Positions 21,237-31,158 of a stretch of DNA of 64,000 nt are shown piece by piece. A program made the position numbers and the translations under genes. Each line of letters starts with the position of its first letter. The stretch's first letter is position 1. Under the pieces are notes generated by a model. The model worked only from the letters and a program-made list of their open reading frames with translations. It made no database searches and was not told where the DNA came from. This DNA comes from a candidate division WOR-1 bacterium RIFOXYB2_FULL_37_13 (GTDB lineage: Bacteria > Margulisbacteria > WOR-1 > XYC2-FULL-46-14 > XYC2-FULL-37-10), in NCBI GenBank assembly GCA_001771535.1, contig MEUB01000036.1, forward strand, positions 842 through 64,841, given 5' to 3'.

Positions 21237-21881
21237 TGGAAAAAGATTTAAAAAAAGCAATTGAAAATTTGGAAAGTTTCAAGCTATCAGGCATGAAAGG
21301 GAGTTTTTGGCACAAGAGAAAAAAATGTATGTGGACAAAAGAGCTTTTTGAAAGAGAGGCTGAAAAAATAGTTAATAAACAATTTATTAGAGATATCGTT
21401 GATATTAAGTGAAAAAAACAGGCAAGTAATTTATTTAGAATATGAGATTAACACACAAAAAAAGAATTTTTTGAAAAATACAGTTTTAGGGAAAAGAATC
21501 TTAATAACAAGCCGGCAGGACTGGAATAATGAGGAGATAGTTTTAGCTTATCAGGGGCAAAAGGATGTTGAGTTTGCGTTTAGGCAAATAAAAAATCCAT
21601 TTCATACCTGTATCAGACCTCAATATCATTGGACAGATCAAAAGATAAAAGTTCATGTGCTTTGTTCCATTATTGCATTTACTATTTGCGCTTTAATTGA
21701 AAAGACCGCAAGAGAGAATGATTGTCCTTTTATAATAAACGACATTTTGGATCGCTTATCTTCAATACGAAAAGTAAAATACATAATCCCCAAAACTAAA
21801 AATAAATTCAACATTGAATACGGTATGGAAGAAATCGAAGATGAAGCAACAAGAAAATTATTTGAAGTTTTGATGAAATAA
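21237..21881 (+). pseudogene. Degraded IS1634-family transposase (two frame-shifted fragments)
   Basis: C-terminal fragment carries the IS1634-type motif QGQKDVEFAFRQIKNPF..RPQYHWTDQKIKVHVLCSIIAF; an upstream fragment in another frame; no intact ORF or IRs. Confidence 0.6.
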
Positions 21882-22006
21882 TATATTTTTGGTGTATACA
21901 AGCTGTTCTTCTGAAAGTCAACAATGACAAGCCATGCAGGCTTTTTTATTTCTCCAGCAGTAAACTCACGCTAGCCCCGTTTCATAAAAAACAATTGGCT
22001 CTTTCT

Positions 22007-22474
22007 TTACTTAAAATTAAAAGCCACATTTTTTGTATTTTTAGGATCTATTTTAACAGGAAGAATAGCTCCAACCTGCATAAGATGTATAGCATTAAAA
22101 GGTATTACAAACCCATCTTCAACTATATAAGCAGGATACATAGGTGATGATATTTCTAATTTTATATCCATTACAGGCTGATAATTTAATTGGGTTTTTG
22201 ATGTTGCTATGCTTAATATTTCCCCCTTTCCATCAATCCCTTTTTTTAAAATATCTTTATCCCCAACAAAATTCCTCCAAATTACTTTTAATCCCTTGCT
22301 AAAAAACAACAGCAACAAAAGTATAGGCAGTAAAATTATTGCAATATTTATAATAGGAGTTATGCCAAAGTCTGTAATATTGCCAACATTGGAAAAATTC
22401 AAAATGAAAACTGAAGGAAGAACAAAAAAGATCCCAAAAATGACAAAAATAAGTACAAACTTTTCAGATCTCAT
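22007..22474 (-). CDS. Membrane protein, paralog family member (2 TM + C-terminal beta domain, bacterial PH/DUF304-like?)
   Basis: Paralogous to 32879..33739 and to the split gene 29223/32274 (shared IVEDxFxxPxxxxxLxQxGAxxPVKxDPKNxKxVA motif); conserved upstream promoter block. Confidence 0.65.
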   Translation of the reverse strand: MRSEKFVLIFVIFGIFFVLPSVFILNFSNVGNITDFGITPIINIAIILLPILLLLLFFSKGLKVIWRNFVGDKDILKKGIDGKGEILSIATSKTQLNYQPVMDIKLEISSPMYPAYIVEDGFVIPFNAIHLMQVGAILPVKIDPKNTKNVAFNFK

Positions 22475-22679
22475 TTTCCCACCTCAAGAACAGCTTAAGC
22501 TAGTAGATATGCTTTGTCAATAAGGGCTTAAGCCCCAAGAACCAATTTTTCCTCCAAAATAAATGAAATTTTTTAAAAATGATAATGATAAGGTACTATA
22601 GATATTGTCAGTTTTTGTTTGAAAAATAATTTTCAGGGAGGCATATTTATTATGGTTATAAGTTTAGGTACTATTGTAA

Positions 22680-23900
22680 ATGACTCAAAGTGGAGCAATT
22701 ATTATTCATAATCTCAAAAAAGCGGATGAAGCAGGAGATAATGACGGAGAGATTGATCAGTTGCCAGAAAATGATGAAGTTCAAGCCGCTTTTCGTCAGT
22801 TTCAATTGGAGCATTTAAATGATACAAATGCCTGGTTAGGGTTTTTGGGAATAATGAAAAGTGAAGATTACTCAGAACCAAAAGAGATTATTCCAGAAGT
22901 ATCAACAGAAGAGTTGTATACTATTTTATCTCAAGCAAGCTCTCCTATTGTTGTTGATACGGGAGCATTAGCTTGGTGCGCTGCGTGCAGAAAAGTGTCG
23001 AAAGCCTTAAATGAAATTATTCATAAAGTTACAATAACTGCGAAAAACAATCCATGTAATCCTATTTTGCTAATACAGCCCCCTTCTATAACAATAAAGC
23101 TTCCTCTAATTACAGGAAACAATGTTTTTGAAATTGCAGTAGAAGATATTTATGGGAATGTTCGCAGTCAAAGCTTCAATGCCAATGGAGGAAGATTGGT
23201 TGATGAAAGCAAACAATATATCGCAGAAGCGCTGCCTTCTGGAAACAATTTACCGCTATTACCTGTAATGATATTTGAATTTTCAGATGTAATAAAGTTC
23301 TCTTACTCAAAAGACTTTTCAGAAAAATTTCATTCTGATGCTGAGTTAAAGCAAAGGATGGATATGCTTAAAGCTTTAGTTTTACAATTAAATACAACTA
23401 TCCCGGGATGTAATATTTCTGGTGTAGAAATCGACCCTTCAAAAGAAAATTCTCTTTTTGCCGGAATTATTCCCGACATGAATGACCCAAATAAACAAGT
23501 AATTTTAATATCAGCCTCTAAGCTTGCCATCTATACAGGGGAAAATGAATTGTTGAGCCTGATGGTTGCTGTGGCTGTCGCAAAAAATTTATATGGCAAT
23601 TTAATTTCAGGGAAAGAAAGCGAATGGAATAACTTGGCAATAAAAGCAAGGCAAAACGAAGTGATCCCTTTTTTAGATTGGCCTATATGGGGATTTAAAA
23701 CCCTTGATAGAGCCTATTTCGTAGGAAGAAACACAGAAAAACTTTTTGTAAACGCTTTGAGCCTGATTTTAGTAATGGGAAAGAAATTCGGTGAAACAAT
23801 AGATGATCCAACAACGCTAATAAACAAAATCCCTCTTTCAGAAGAGCAAAAAAAAGTTTTAAGAGAAATAGAAAAATTTGTCAAAGAAATTTTAAAGTGA
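22680..23900 (+). CDS. Hypothetical protein (406 aa), first gene of a 4-gene unit
   Basis: ORF; GTGA overlap with the next gene; a 20-codon upstream mini-ORF with a strong RBS overlaps its start. Confidence 0.55.
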   Translation: MTQSGAIIIHNLKKADEAGDNDGEIDQLPENDEVQAAFRQFQLEHLNDTNAWLGFLGIMKSEDYSEPKEIIPEVSTEELYTILSQASSPIVVDTGALAWCAACRKVSKALNEIIHKVTITAKNNPCNPILLIQPPSITIKLPLITGNNVFEIAVEDIYGNVRSQSFNANGGRLVDESKQYIAEALPSGNNLPLLPVMIFEFSDVIKFSYSKDFSEKFHSDAELKQRMDMLKALVLQLNTTIPGCNISGVEIDPSKENSLFAGIIPDMNDPNKQVILISASKLAIYTGENELLSLMVAVAVAKNLYGNLISGKESEWNNLAIKARQNEVIPFLDWPIWGFKTLDRAYFVGRNTEKLFVNALSLILVMGKKFGETIDDPTTLINKIPLSEEQKKVLREIEKFVKEILK

Positions 23901-25951
23901 TAAACATCTCTTTTGCAATCCCTCGTTCTCTTGCAAGCCTCGTCCACGAACCCAAGCAAGGAAAAAACGAAGAAGAAACAGCAATCAAAGCACTTATGCA
24001 AAATGGGTTTTCCAGAGAAGAGGCAATTGCGGTAATCAATGCTTTAGTAAAAATTCATTTTGGAGAGTTTGACACAGAAGGTGAAAAAAGATTTTTAAGA
24101 AATATGCCCGATTTTTTGAAAGTTTTAAAACGGCCCGCCCTCTTTAGAAGCACATTCCCTAATGGCGTGCACGATGAAAATCTAATAAATTCTTTTATTG
24201 ATTTCTTAATAGCTTTTGGAACAATAAAAAAGGGTTCTAAAGATTTAAAAAATTGCTTGAGCTGTCTAACAATGGACAATAATATTCCCCAAGAAATTAG
24301 CCTTGTTGCTGGTTATTTGTTAGACAGAAAAACTTCTTCTAATTTTGAGCTTATACGCCCTGTAAAAATAAATGGTAAGATTTACCTCCAAATTGAGGCT
24401 TCCTATATGAGAAAGGGAATTTCTCTTCCAGGCAACAATGTTTTAGAAGAGGGTTCTGTGCTATACAGAGATGGAAATTGGTTTTTTACTCCCCCGGTAA
24501 ACAACCAAAGAGACATAAGAACTCTTCCCACTATAAGTGGCGTTAGAATTCGTTCTCTTGCCCTTGCTGTTTCTGCCCCCAAACCAGGCAAATCGTTAGG
24601 TCATGAACTGCTCGCAAATCAACCGATGATCCCAATTTATTTCGATGGTCTGCCCAAAAATGCGCCGGAATATATCTCTTTAAGCCCAACAACAAAAGAA
24701 GTTGCCTTTAGTCTAAGCCAAGGGACTTATCTTGTTTTTGAAATAGGAAATCCATTCATAAAAAATTTTAGGGGTGCCGAAATAACTGTTCATTACACTC
24801 TTTTCCAAAAAGATGGAAATTTAGCCCTTAACCCAACCCTACTGCCCTCTTTTCATATAACAACTCCTGACCGCAAGCCTGTCTCATCCTTATCTATCAA
24901 TCCTCCATCTTTGTCTACGGGAGAACTGTTAAGGATCCAAATAGAGGATGAATTCTCAAGAATTTTTGTTGAATACGGAACTGGGAAAACCGGTTTTTAT
25001 GCAGAAGAAAATTTGGCATTAAATGAGCAAAACACAATCCCTCTTGAAATAAGATTGCAGAATGAAAGCTTTGTTATAAATGAATTTGGGGAATTTATTG
25101 TATTTAATGGGGGAGAAGAAAAAAGAAGAGGTTTCCCATATAACTCAAATTACAATCTGGATTTTACTTTGCCAGTAAGCCTCGAAAAAATCAGAAGTCC
25201 CTATGATCATCTTTCAAGATCAATTTTCGACAATAAAAAAGTAGCTGTTTTCTATGAGAGGGCGCCTATGACAAGAGGCCAAACCTTAGCTCATTTAGCC
25301 CATGCTTATTTATTGCTTCCCCCAATACTGCAAAGACAGATAAAAGTCATTAGATTTTCTTATAAAGAAGGACAAAGGAATAAGAGTGCAACATACAGCT
25401 TGCCAAATACAAGAGAAATAAGAATCAATGAAGGATTTTTCTTCCCCTCTCTTTCCTATCTGTCTGAAAAATTCGAAGCTTTTCGTAAAGAATGGGAAGA
25501 AGGGGTTCCTTCTTATGTAAAATCAGAAGCGCAAACTTTGGGGCTCGGATTTTGTGGCAGGCTTGAACTTATGCCTTTCGGTAACATGCCTAAAGGTTAT
25601 TCAGGAACAAAATCATCTGGCGAAAAAGGAGCTCCTTTCATCGTTACCACAAGACCCGCTTCTGGATTAGTAACTCGAGAACCGATAGATGTGGTAAATT
25701 TATATGCTGAAGCGGCTTACATTCTAGCAAGCAGAGAGCCAAATAGATTTTCTGGGTGGGAAAGAACAGATAAAAAAATAACAATTGCGGAAGATGTAAA
25801 AAACTTTCTTCTTGGGATAATAAGGCTCGAATTTGTATACAGCAAAAAACCTTCTCAAGCAACTTTTATCAAGAATCTGACAATCTTAAAAAGTAACGGC
25901 ATAATTACTGAAACTCAAGAAATACGAGCCAAGGCTTTGATGAAAAAATAA
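23897..25951 (+). CDS. Hypothetical protein (684 aa)
   Basis: Long ORF translationally coupled to the upstream gene; no family recognised. Confidence 0.6.
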   Translation: MINISFAIPRSLASLVHEPKQGKNEEETAIKALMQNGFSREEAIAVINALVKIHFGEFDTEGEKRFLRNMPDFLKVLKRPALFRSTFPNGVHDENLINSFIDFLIAFGTIKKGSKDLKNCLSCLTMDNNIPQEISLVAGYLLDRKTSSNFELIRPVKINGKIYLQIEASYMRKGISLPGNNVLEEGSVLYRDGNWFFTPPVNNQRDIRTLPTISGVRIRSLALAVSAPKPGKSLGHELLANQPMIPIYFDGLPKNAPEYISLSPTTKEVAFSLSQGTYLVFEIGNPFIKNFRGAEITVHYTLFQKDGNLALNPTLLPSFHITTPDRKPVSSLSINPPSLSTGELLRIQIEDEFSRIFVEYGTGKTGFYAEENLALNEQNTIPLEIRLQNESFVINEFGEFIVFNGGEEKRRGFPYNSNYNLDFTLPVSLEKIRSPYDHLSRSIFDNKKVAVFYERAPMTRGQTLAHLAHAYLLLPPILQRQIKVIRFSYKEGQRNKSATYSLPNTREIRINEGFFFPSLSYLSEKFEAFRKEWEEGVPSYVKSEAQTLGLGFCGRLELMPFGNMPKGYSGTKSSGEKGAPFIVTTRPASGLVTREPIDVVNLYAEAAYILASREPNRFSGWERTDKKITIAEDVKNFLLGIIRLEFVYSKKPSQATFIKNLTILKSNGIITETQEIRAKALMKK

Positions 25952-26040
25952 AGTGAAATTTTTCGAAAACCATTATGATACTCTTGCAAGTTAGGGAGAA
26001 AGAGGTCAAGCATTCAAGGAGAAAAAAATGACACAAACTT
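25950..26040 (+). repeat. Copy B of the ~90-bp duplicated 5' region (see 20985-21075)
   Basis: Alignment by eye with copy A. Confidence 0.6.
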
Positions 26041-26540
26041 CCAGCAAAAGCTGTTTACTTTTGGCAATGAGTCGTCACGCTTTTTATGAAATTAACAGGC
26101 ATATTCCCACCACACAAAAAGGTTTGCCAAAAATCTTGAAAAGAAAATTGTATGGCGATGTAATTCCAAGAATAGAAAGAACTCTTTCCACAGCCGACAC
26201 AATAAAAGCCAAAGAAATAATTTCTATCGTTATTGAAACTGTAATGGATTTTTGGAAAAAAGACCCTTCTTTAGAAACGGCAAAAAAATTATCAGAAGAG
26301 CTAGACAATGTTATGTTAATAATCGAAACAGCACACTTTTTTAATCAAGTTATAGGAGAAAATATAGTTAATTTTTCATCTTTGTCTCCCTGTTTAAAAA
26401 TGTTCTCAAATCTACCGATAATAAGGAGATTAAGTCGTATGGTGGAAGATATTAAAGCAACAGCCCAAAAAAGCCCACCTGATTTCGCAATAACACCTGC
26501 TCTTTGGACTGGTTTCAAATCTTCAGAATACGACAATTGA
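26028..26540 (+). CDS. Hypothetical protein (170 aa)
   Basis: ORF with AAGGAG RBS; a truncated paralogous start exists at 21061. Confidence 0.55.
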   Translation: MTQTSSKSCLLLAMSRHAFYEINRHIPTTQKGLPKILKRKLYGDVIPRIERTLSTADTIKAKEIISIVIETVMDFWKKDPSLETAKKLSEELDNVMLIIETAHFFNQVIGENIVNFSSLSPCLKMFSNLPIIRRLSRMVEDIKATAQKSPPDFAITPALWTGFKSSEYDN

Positions 26541-26558
26541 AAAAAGGGGGAATAAAAA

Positions 26559-28661
26559 ATGGCAATGGAAATGGCAGCCTCTGCAATAGCACATGCTAGA
26601 CAACTCGGACAAACAGCTTTAAAAACAGTTTCCCAAGGTCAACACACTGCATCTCTTCGACAACAAGAAGCTTTTTTCCAAGTAATGTTTGATGCAAGTT
26701 TCCCTGCTGCAAAAAGAGTAGCTTACCAACTATATCCAAACAAAACATTGGTTGACAGTCCAAAATATAGGGCAAACTTAGAATTTCAACTGAGAAGAAT
26801 CCCTCCTGCACTACGAACAGCAATTTTCGCTGTATTGCATGCTATGCAACATCCAGTTGTTTTTAATAATATAGTAAACCCTCCAACAAATATACCCCAA
26901 ATAGCAAATTTATTAGGTGTTATTGAATTGGCAGGAAGAATGACGCTTCCATCGCTACTAGATAATCCTCAAATAAGTCCTAATCACTTTTCTATAGTCC
27001 AAAGAAATACTAGCAGAGTTGATTTGACACAATTTGACACCTTTTTTAAAGATGGGAGAATCCCTCGTCAATTTAGAAAAAATGATTTTGTTATAGTCGG
27101 ATCAGGCCCAGGAGGGATAATGACAGCACATATTTTACATGAAAAATACCCAGATGCTCAAATTCTAATAATTGAAGAAGGAGATTATTATCCTGGTAAA
27201 ATTTTCGGCAATTCAACTCCTATAAGAGCTACAGGTGAGTTCTATTCAGAAGGAGGAGTAACTGCTGCTATTGATTTAAAAAATGCAAGTGGAACAGCTG
27301 CCCCTACTGGCAAAGCGGTTGGAGGAAGCATGGAAATTTTTAGTACAACTGCGGCAAGAGTCAGAACCAGCGAGGAGTTTGAGCTTTATGGTTTAAGTAA
27401 ATATATGACTTGGGAAAAATATCAGAAGACAGTTGCTTGGGTAGAAGAGATACATGATGTTGCTGAAAACCCACAGGAAATAATCAACACAATAACCAAG
27501 GAAATGATCAGAGCCGCACAAAATATGCCTAAAGAATCTGGGATTAGAAATGCTGGTCCTACAAAATCATTTAGTGCTCATAAGTGTGGTGGCCTAGGAA
27601 AATGTCCTGTTGGCTGTGATACGGGAGGAAAAGAGACAACAGCTATGGTTCTTTTGCCTGCGCTTTTGGCATCTGGAAAAGTAGGATTAGTTTCAGGAGC
27701 AAAAGTTACTCAAACTATTTTAAGATCAGACAACAGCCCTAAGGCTGTAAAAATATTTTCAATGGAAGGCGTCTCTACCATTGGAATAGAAGATGGTATT
27801 ATTTCAAGTGCCGGTACATTTGGTTCCCCAGTTATAGTACATAACGCAGGGATTCGACTCCCTATGTTAGGCAAAAAATATACTGGGCAAGCAGCATTTG
27901 AACTTTTTGCATTTAATCCAAACAAAAAAATTGATCCCCCTCAACATGTAGGAAAGCCTCAATCTGGTTATATTGAGGTTTACAACACAGATAATGCGTT
28001 AGCTGATCTTGTTGCCACAGTAGACGGATTTATCGGGCTTGGTGAAGGGGCACGTCCTGCTACAGGAATTCTTGCAATGGCAAGGAGACGCTTATATGGA
28101 ACAAATTTAAGAGATTCAATAGAAGGACTTCCTTACACTGGCGTTTTTGGAGGAGTTCTCACTGAAAACATGGAAGATGTTAGGGCCGGTCTTTCAGGAG
28201 GAAATGTATATCCTGGATTGAGTAATATTTTTGGACAAAAAGTGCTAACATACTCATTATCTGAAAGAGATAGAATGAGAAGAAAATTGCTTGCATTAGC
28301 CCTCTTAAAAGTAGCCGCAAATACTCCTCAAGGAGAATATTTAGGAATAGGCCTCAATCATTTTTTTCCAAGTAAAAGCAAGTATGCTAGTTGGGGATTA
28401 TTCCTTTCTTCAGAATTACCTGAATTCGAAAGATATTTATTGCCAAATAAAAAAGTCGACTTGAGTGAAGAAATATTTTTTCATCCTATGGGATCAATGG
28501 GAGATTGTGTCGATAACGAAGGGAAGGTAATAGGCTCAAAAGATTTTTATGTAATAGATGGATCTTTATTTAAGGGCCCTGGAGTAAATCCTACAATTTC
28601 AATATTAACAGTTGCTGCTGAATTAGCTTCAAAAATAAAAAGGAGAAAAAGAATACATTAA
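26559..28661 (+). CDS. GMC-family FAD-dependent oxidoreductase (choline dehydrogenase / cholesterol oxidase-like) with ~170-aa N-terminal extension
   Basis: FVIVGSGPGG Rossmann FAD motif at residue ~178; C-terminal GMC signature (HPMGSMGDCVD...VIDGSLF..NPTISI). Confidence 0.7.
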   Translation: MAMEMAASAIAHARQLGQTALKTVSQGQHTASLRQQEAFFQVMFDASFPAAKRVAYQLYPNKTLVDSPKYRANLEFQLRRIPPALRTAIFAVLHAMQHPVVFNNIVNPPTNIPQIANLLGVIELAGRMTLPSLLDNPQISPNHFSIVQRNTSRVDLTQFDTFFKDGRIPRQFRKNDFVIVGSGPGGIMTAHILHEKYPDAQILIIEEGDYYPGKIFGNSTPIRATGEFYSEGGVTAAIDLKNASGTAAPTGKAVGGSMEIFSTTAARVRTSEEFELYGLSKYMTWEKYQKTVAWVEEIHDVAENPQEIINTITKEMIRAAQNMPKESGIRNAGPTKSFSAHKCGGLGKCPVGCDTGGKETTAMVLLPALLASGKVGLVSGAKVTQTILRSDNSPKAVKIFSMEGVSTIGIEDGIISSAGTFGSPVIVHNAGIRLPMLGKKYTGQAAFELFAFNPNKKIDPPQHVGKPQSGYIEVYNTDNALADLVATVDGFIGLGEGARPATGILAMARRRLYGTNLRDSIEGLPYTGVFGGVLTENMEDVRAGLSGGNVYPGLSNIFGQKVLTYSLSERDRMRRKLLALALLKVAANTPQGEYLGIGLNHFFPSKSKYASWGLFLSSELPEFERYLLPNKKVDLSEEIFFHPMGSMGDCVDNEGKVIGSKDFYVIDGSLFKGPGVNPTISILTVAAELASKIKRRKRIH

Positions 28662-28800
28662 TAAAATTTATTTCTATTCGATAAAAACATATGCGTATAG
28701 TTTTTATAAACACTCTTCCTCCGTATAGAGTTATATAAAACTCAATTGCCCTTCTATCCAAAATCCTATATAATCCCAAACAAGAAAAGGAGTAATTAAT

Positions 28801-29226
28801 ATGTCAGACAAATTATTGATAATTTCAGTTATAATCGCAGGTTTAATTGTTTCTTTATTTATCGTATTTAATAACAACCCTATAAGTAAAACTGTATCCA
28901 CTTTTATGACAGATATAAACAGAATAAAGATTCCAAACAGTTTCCCCAAAGATATTCCAATTTACCCAAATGCAAAAGTTGAAACCTTATCAATTAAAAA
29001 AAGCCAGACCCTTCTTGTCCTTATTTCCAAAGATAGCCCGACACAAATAAACAACTTCTATGCTTTAGAAATAAAAAAATACGGCTGGACATATACATCA
29101 AAAGACATTAATTTCTATGCGTCAACCAAAGAACATCGTGAATTATTTGTTTCTATATCCAAACTCCCTGAAGAGATAAACAAAAATGGACATTATATAG
29201 TAATCAATGAAACAACTAAAGATTAA
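28801..29226 (+). CDS. Small N-terminally membrane-anchored protein, paralog of 32372..32872
   Basis: Shared FPKDxPxYxNxK and NNFY/HNFY..GW motifs with the 32372 protein. Confidence 0.6.
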   Translation: MSDKLLIISVIIAGLIVSLFIVFNNNPISKTVSTFMTDINRIKIPNSFPKDIPIYPNAKVETLSIKKSQTLLVLISKDSPTQINNFYALEIKKYGWTYTSKDINFYASTKEHRELFVSISKLPEEINKNGHYIVINETTKD

Positions 29227-29402
29227 AGCGCAGTTTTTTCCCCTGAAGGATTAATATTCCAGGCATTTATAGCTACCCTTTTTGGGTTTTTTGGATCAAC
29301 CTTAACGGGGATAACGGCTCCCAACTGGATAAGAGAAAGCCCCATTAAAGGAATCAAAAATTTGTTTTCTATAATATAATATTCGAGCTTGTCCGTCAAC
29401 TC
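29223..29402 (-). pseudogene. C-terminal fragment of an IS-disrupted membrane-protein paralog
   Basis: ~150 bp near-identical to 33240-33390 of the intact paralog; homology stops at the outer IS junction (29403). Confidence 0.6.
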
Positions 29403-30001
29403 CCAGTCTTGTCTAATGCAAGATGTCCCTGAAGTAAAGACTGTTTCTAACGCAAAATGTCCCTGAAATGTCATTATCGAGCTTATGAATAAGCTAATAA
29501 TGATGGATCATAAAATAAAAACTGTTTCGAATCTTGAAAATCTTCTAAAAGCTGTGGTGAATTTAGATTTTCAACTAATTGACAAAAAAACTACCTACGA
29601 TTGGATTGATGATATTTTAAAAAGATTCAATTACATGTCTGCTTCAAAGAAACATAAAGGAATTTTAAAGCGTTACATTATGAAAATGACTGGTTATAGC
29701 GGTCGACAAGTTAAAAGGCTCATCAAAAAGCAATTTCAAACTGGAAAATTGACAATAAGTAAAAGTTCTAACCGTTGCAAATTCAAAAATATATACACCA
29801 AAAAAGATATCGCTTTGCTGGTTAAAACGGATAATCTTCACAATCGCTTAAATGGGTTAGCCACTAAAAAGATTTTTGAAACCGAGCATTTTACTTATGG
29901 AAAAAAGAAATATGAAAGGTTAAGTAAAATCTCTATAGCTCATATTTACAACTTGCGAAAAACTACGACATTGATCTTCCCCCCAAAAAGTAGACAGTAA
30001 A

Positions 30002-30862
30002 TTATGCATTCACGAACTTTTTTTCAAAGTTGTCTGGCGACAGAAACCCTATGGACGAGTGCCTTCTCTGTCGATTATAGAACACTTCGATGTAATTGAA
30101 AATGGACTGCCGCGCCTCCTTTCTTGTGGCATATCTTTCAAAATAGACTTGTTCAGTCTTCAATGAATGAAAGAAACTCTCGGTTATAGCATTATCGTAA
30201 CACCTCCCTTTGCGACTCATGCTTTGAATGAAACCATAATTGTTAAGCAATAGTCTCGTATCTCTGGCCGCATATTGAATACCTCGATCAGAATGAAATA
30301 TTATATTTTTGCCTGGCTGGCGGCTCAAGATAGCACCCTTTATGGCCTTGACCACCAATTGGCTTTCTAGGTGCTTTCCCATAGACCATCCGACAATCTT
30401 TCTGGAAAAGACATCAAGAACAACTGCAAGATAAAGCCAGCCCTCCAATGTCCAGATGTATGTAATATCTGATGTCCAGACTCGATTGGCTGATGCTGAA
30501 ACAAAGTTTTGCTTTAGAATATTTGGAGCTACTGGCAAAGTGTGCTGAGAATCAGTTGTCACTCTAAATTTTCTTCTTGTCTTAGCCACAAATTTGCCTT
30601 TCATAAGACGCTCAATCCTTTTTTTATTGTAATGATAACCTTGGCTCTTAAGTTCGGCACAAACTCTGGGCCGACCATAAAGCTCATGGTTTTCAAAAAA
30701 AATCTTCTTGATCTTATCCAGCAAAACCTCATTTTCTGTTTCTCTTTGGCTTTTCTCTCCCCTTAGCCATTTGTAATAGCCGCTTCGTGATACATCTAAC
30801 AACTGGCACATCTTCTCAACCGGAAAGTCGAAGCATTGCTCTCTTACAAACATAAATCTCAT
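30002..30862 (-). CDS. IS3-family transposase OrfB (integrase core, DDE)
   Basis: HSDRGIQY ... CYDNAITESFF motifs. Confidence 0.85.
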   Translation of the reverse strand: MRFMFVREQCFDFPVEKMCQLLDVSRSGYYKWLRGEKSQRETENEVLLDKIKKIFFENHELYGRPRVCAELKSQGYHYNKKRIERLMKGKFVAKTRRKFRVTTDSQHTLPVAPNILKQNFVSASANRVWTSDITYIWTLEGWLYLAVVLDVFSRKIVGWSMGKHLESQLVVKAIKGAILSRQPGKNIIFHSDRGIQYAARDTRLLLNNYGFIQSMSRKGRCYDNAITESFFHSLKTEQVYFERYATRKEARQSIFNYIEVFYNRQRRHSSIGFLSPDNFEKKFVNA

Positions 30863-31158
30863 CTCGGTTGTTTGGAGAAGATGGCCACTGCTTTTTTTAA
30901 AATATCTCGCTCCAACCTGGCCTCTGCCAACTCTTTTCTTAAACGCCTGATTTTAAGAGATTCCTCAATCCCTCCGCTTGTTTCTCCGTCTTCTCCCTCT
31001 CTTCGATCACGTTTTTGCCATCCATACAGCGTACTCGATGACACTCCTAAATCTTTAGCAATTGAGGCTACAGGTCGCTTGCTGGTATTAATTAAATCCA
31101 GCGTTTCCCTAATGAAGTCCTTATCACACCGTTTATATGGTCCTTTCTTTTTCCCCAT
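30859..31158 (-). CDS. IS3-family transposase OrfA (HTH)
   Basis: HTH region, leucine-zipper-like C-terminus; A-run slippery sequence (TTAAAAAAAG) ~35 nt before the stop, consistent with -1 frameshifting into orfB. Confidence 0.8.
   Translation of the reverse strand: MGKKKGPYKRCDKDFIRETLDLINTSKRPVASIAKDLGVSSSTLYGWQKRDRREGEDGETSGGIEESLKIRRLRKELAEARLERDILKKAVAIFSKQPR

Noticed and set aside
22209-22523. Plus-strand 104-aa ORF overlapping the 22007..22474 membrane-protein gene
   Set aside because: The minus-strand ORF belongs to a three-member paralog family with a conserved promoter, so the plus-strand ORF is spurious.
29485-30000. 171-aa ORF listed as an intact gene
   Set aside because: It is the N-terminal part of the outer-IS transposase. 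Its last 9 codons (LIFPPKSRQ) are read from the inserted IS3 end, so it is annotated as part of a disrupted pseudogene instead.
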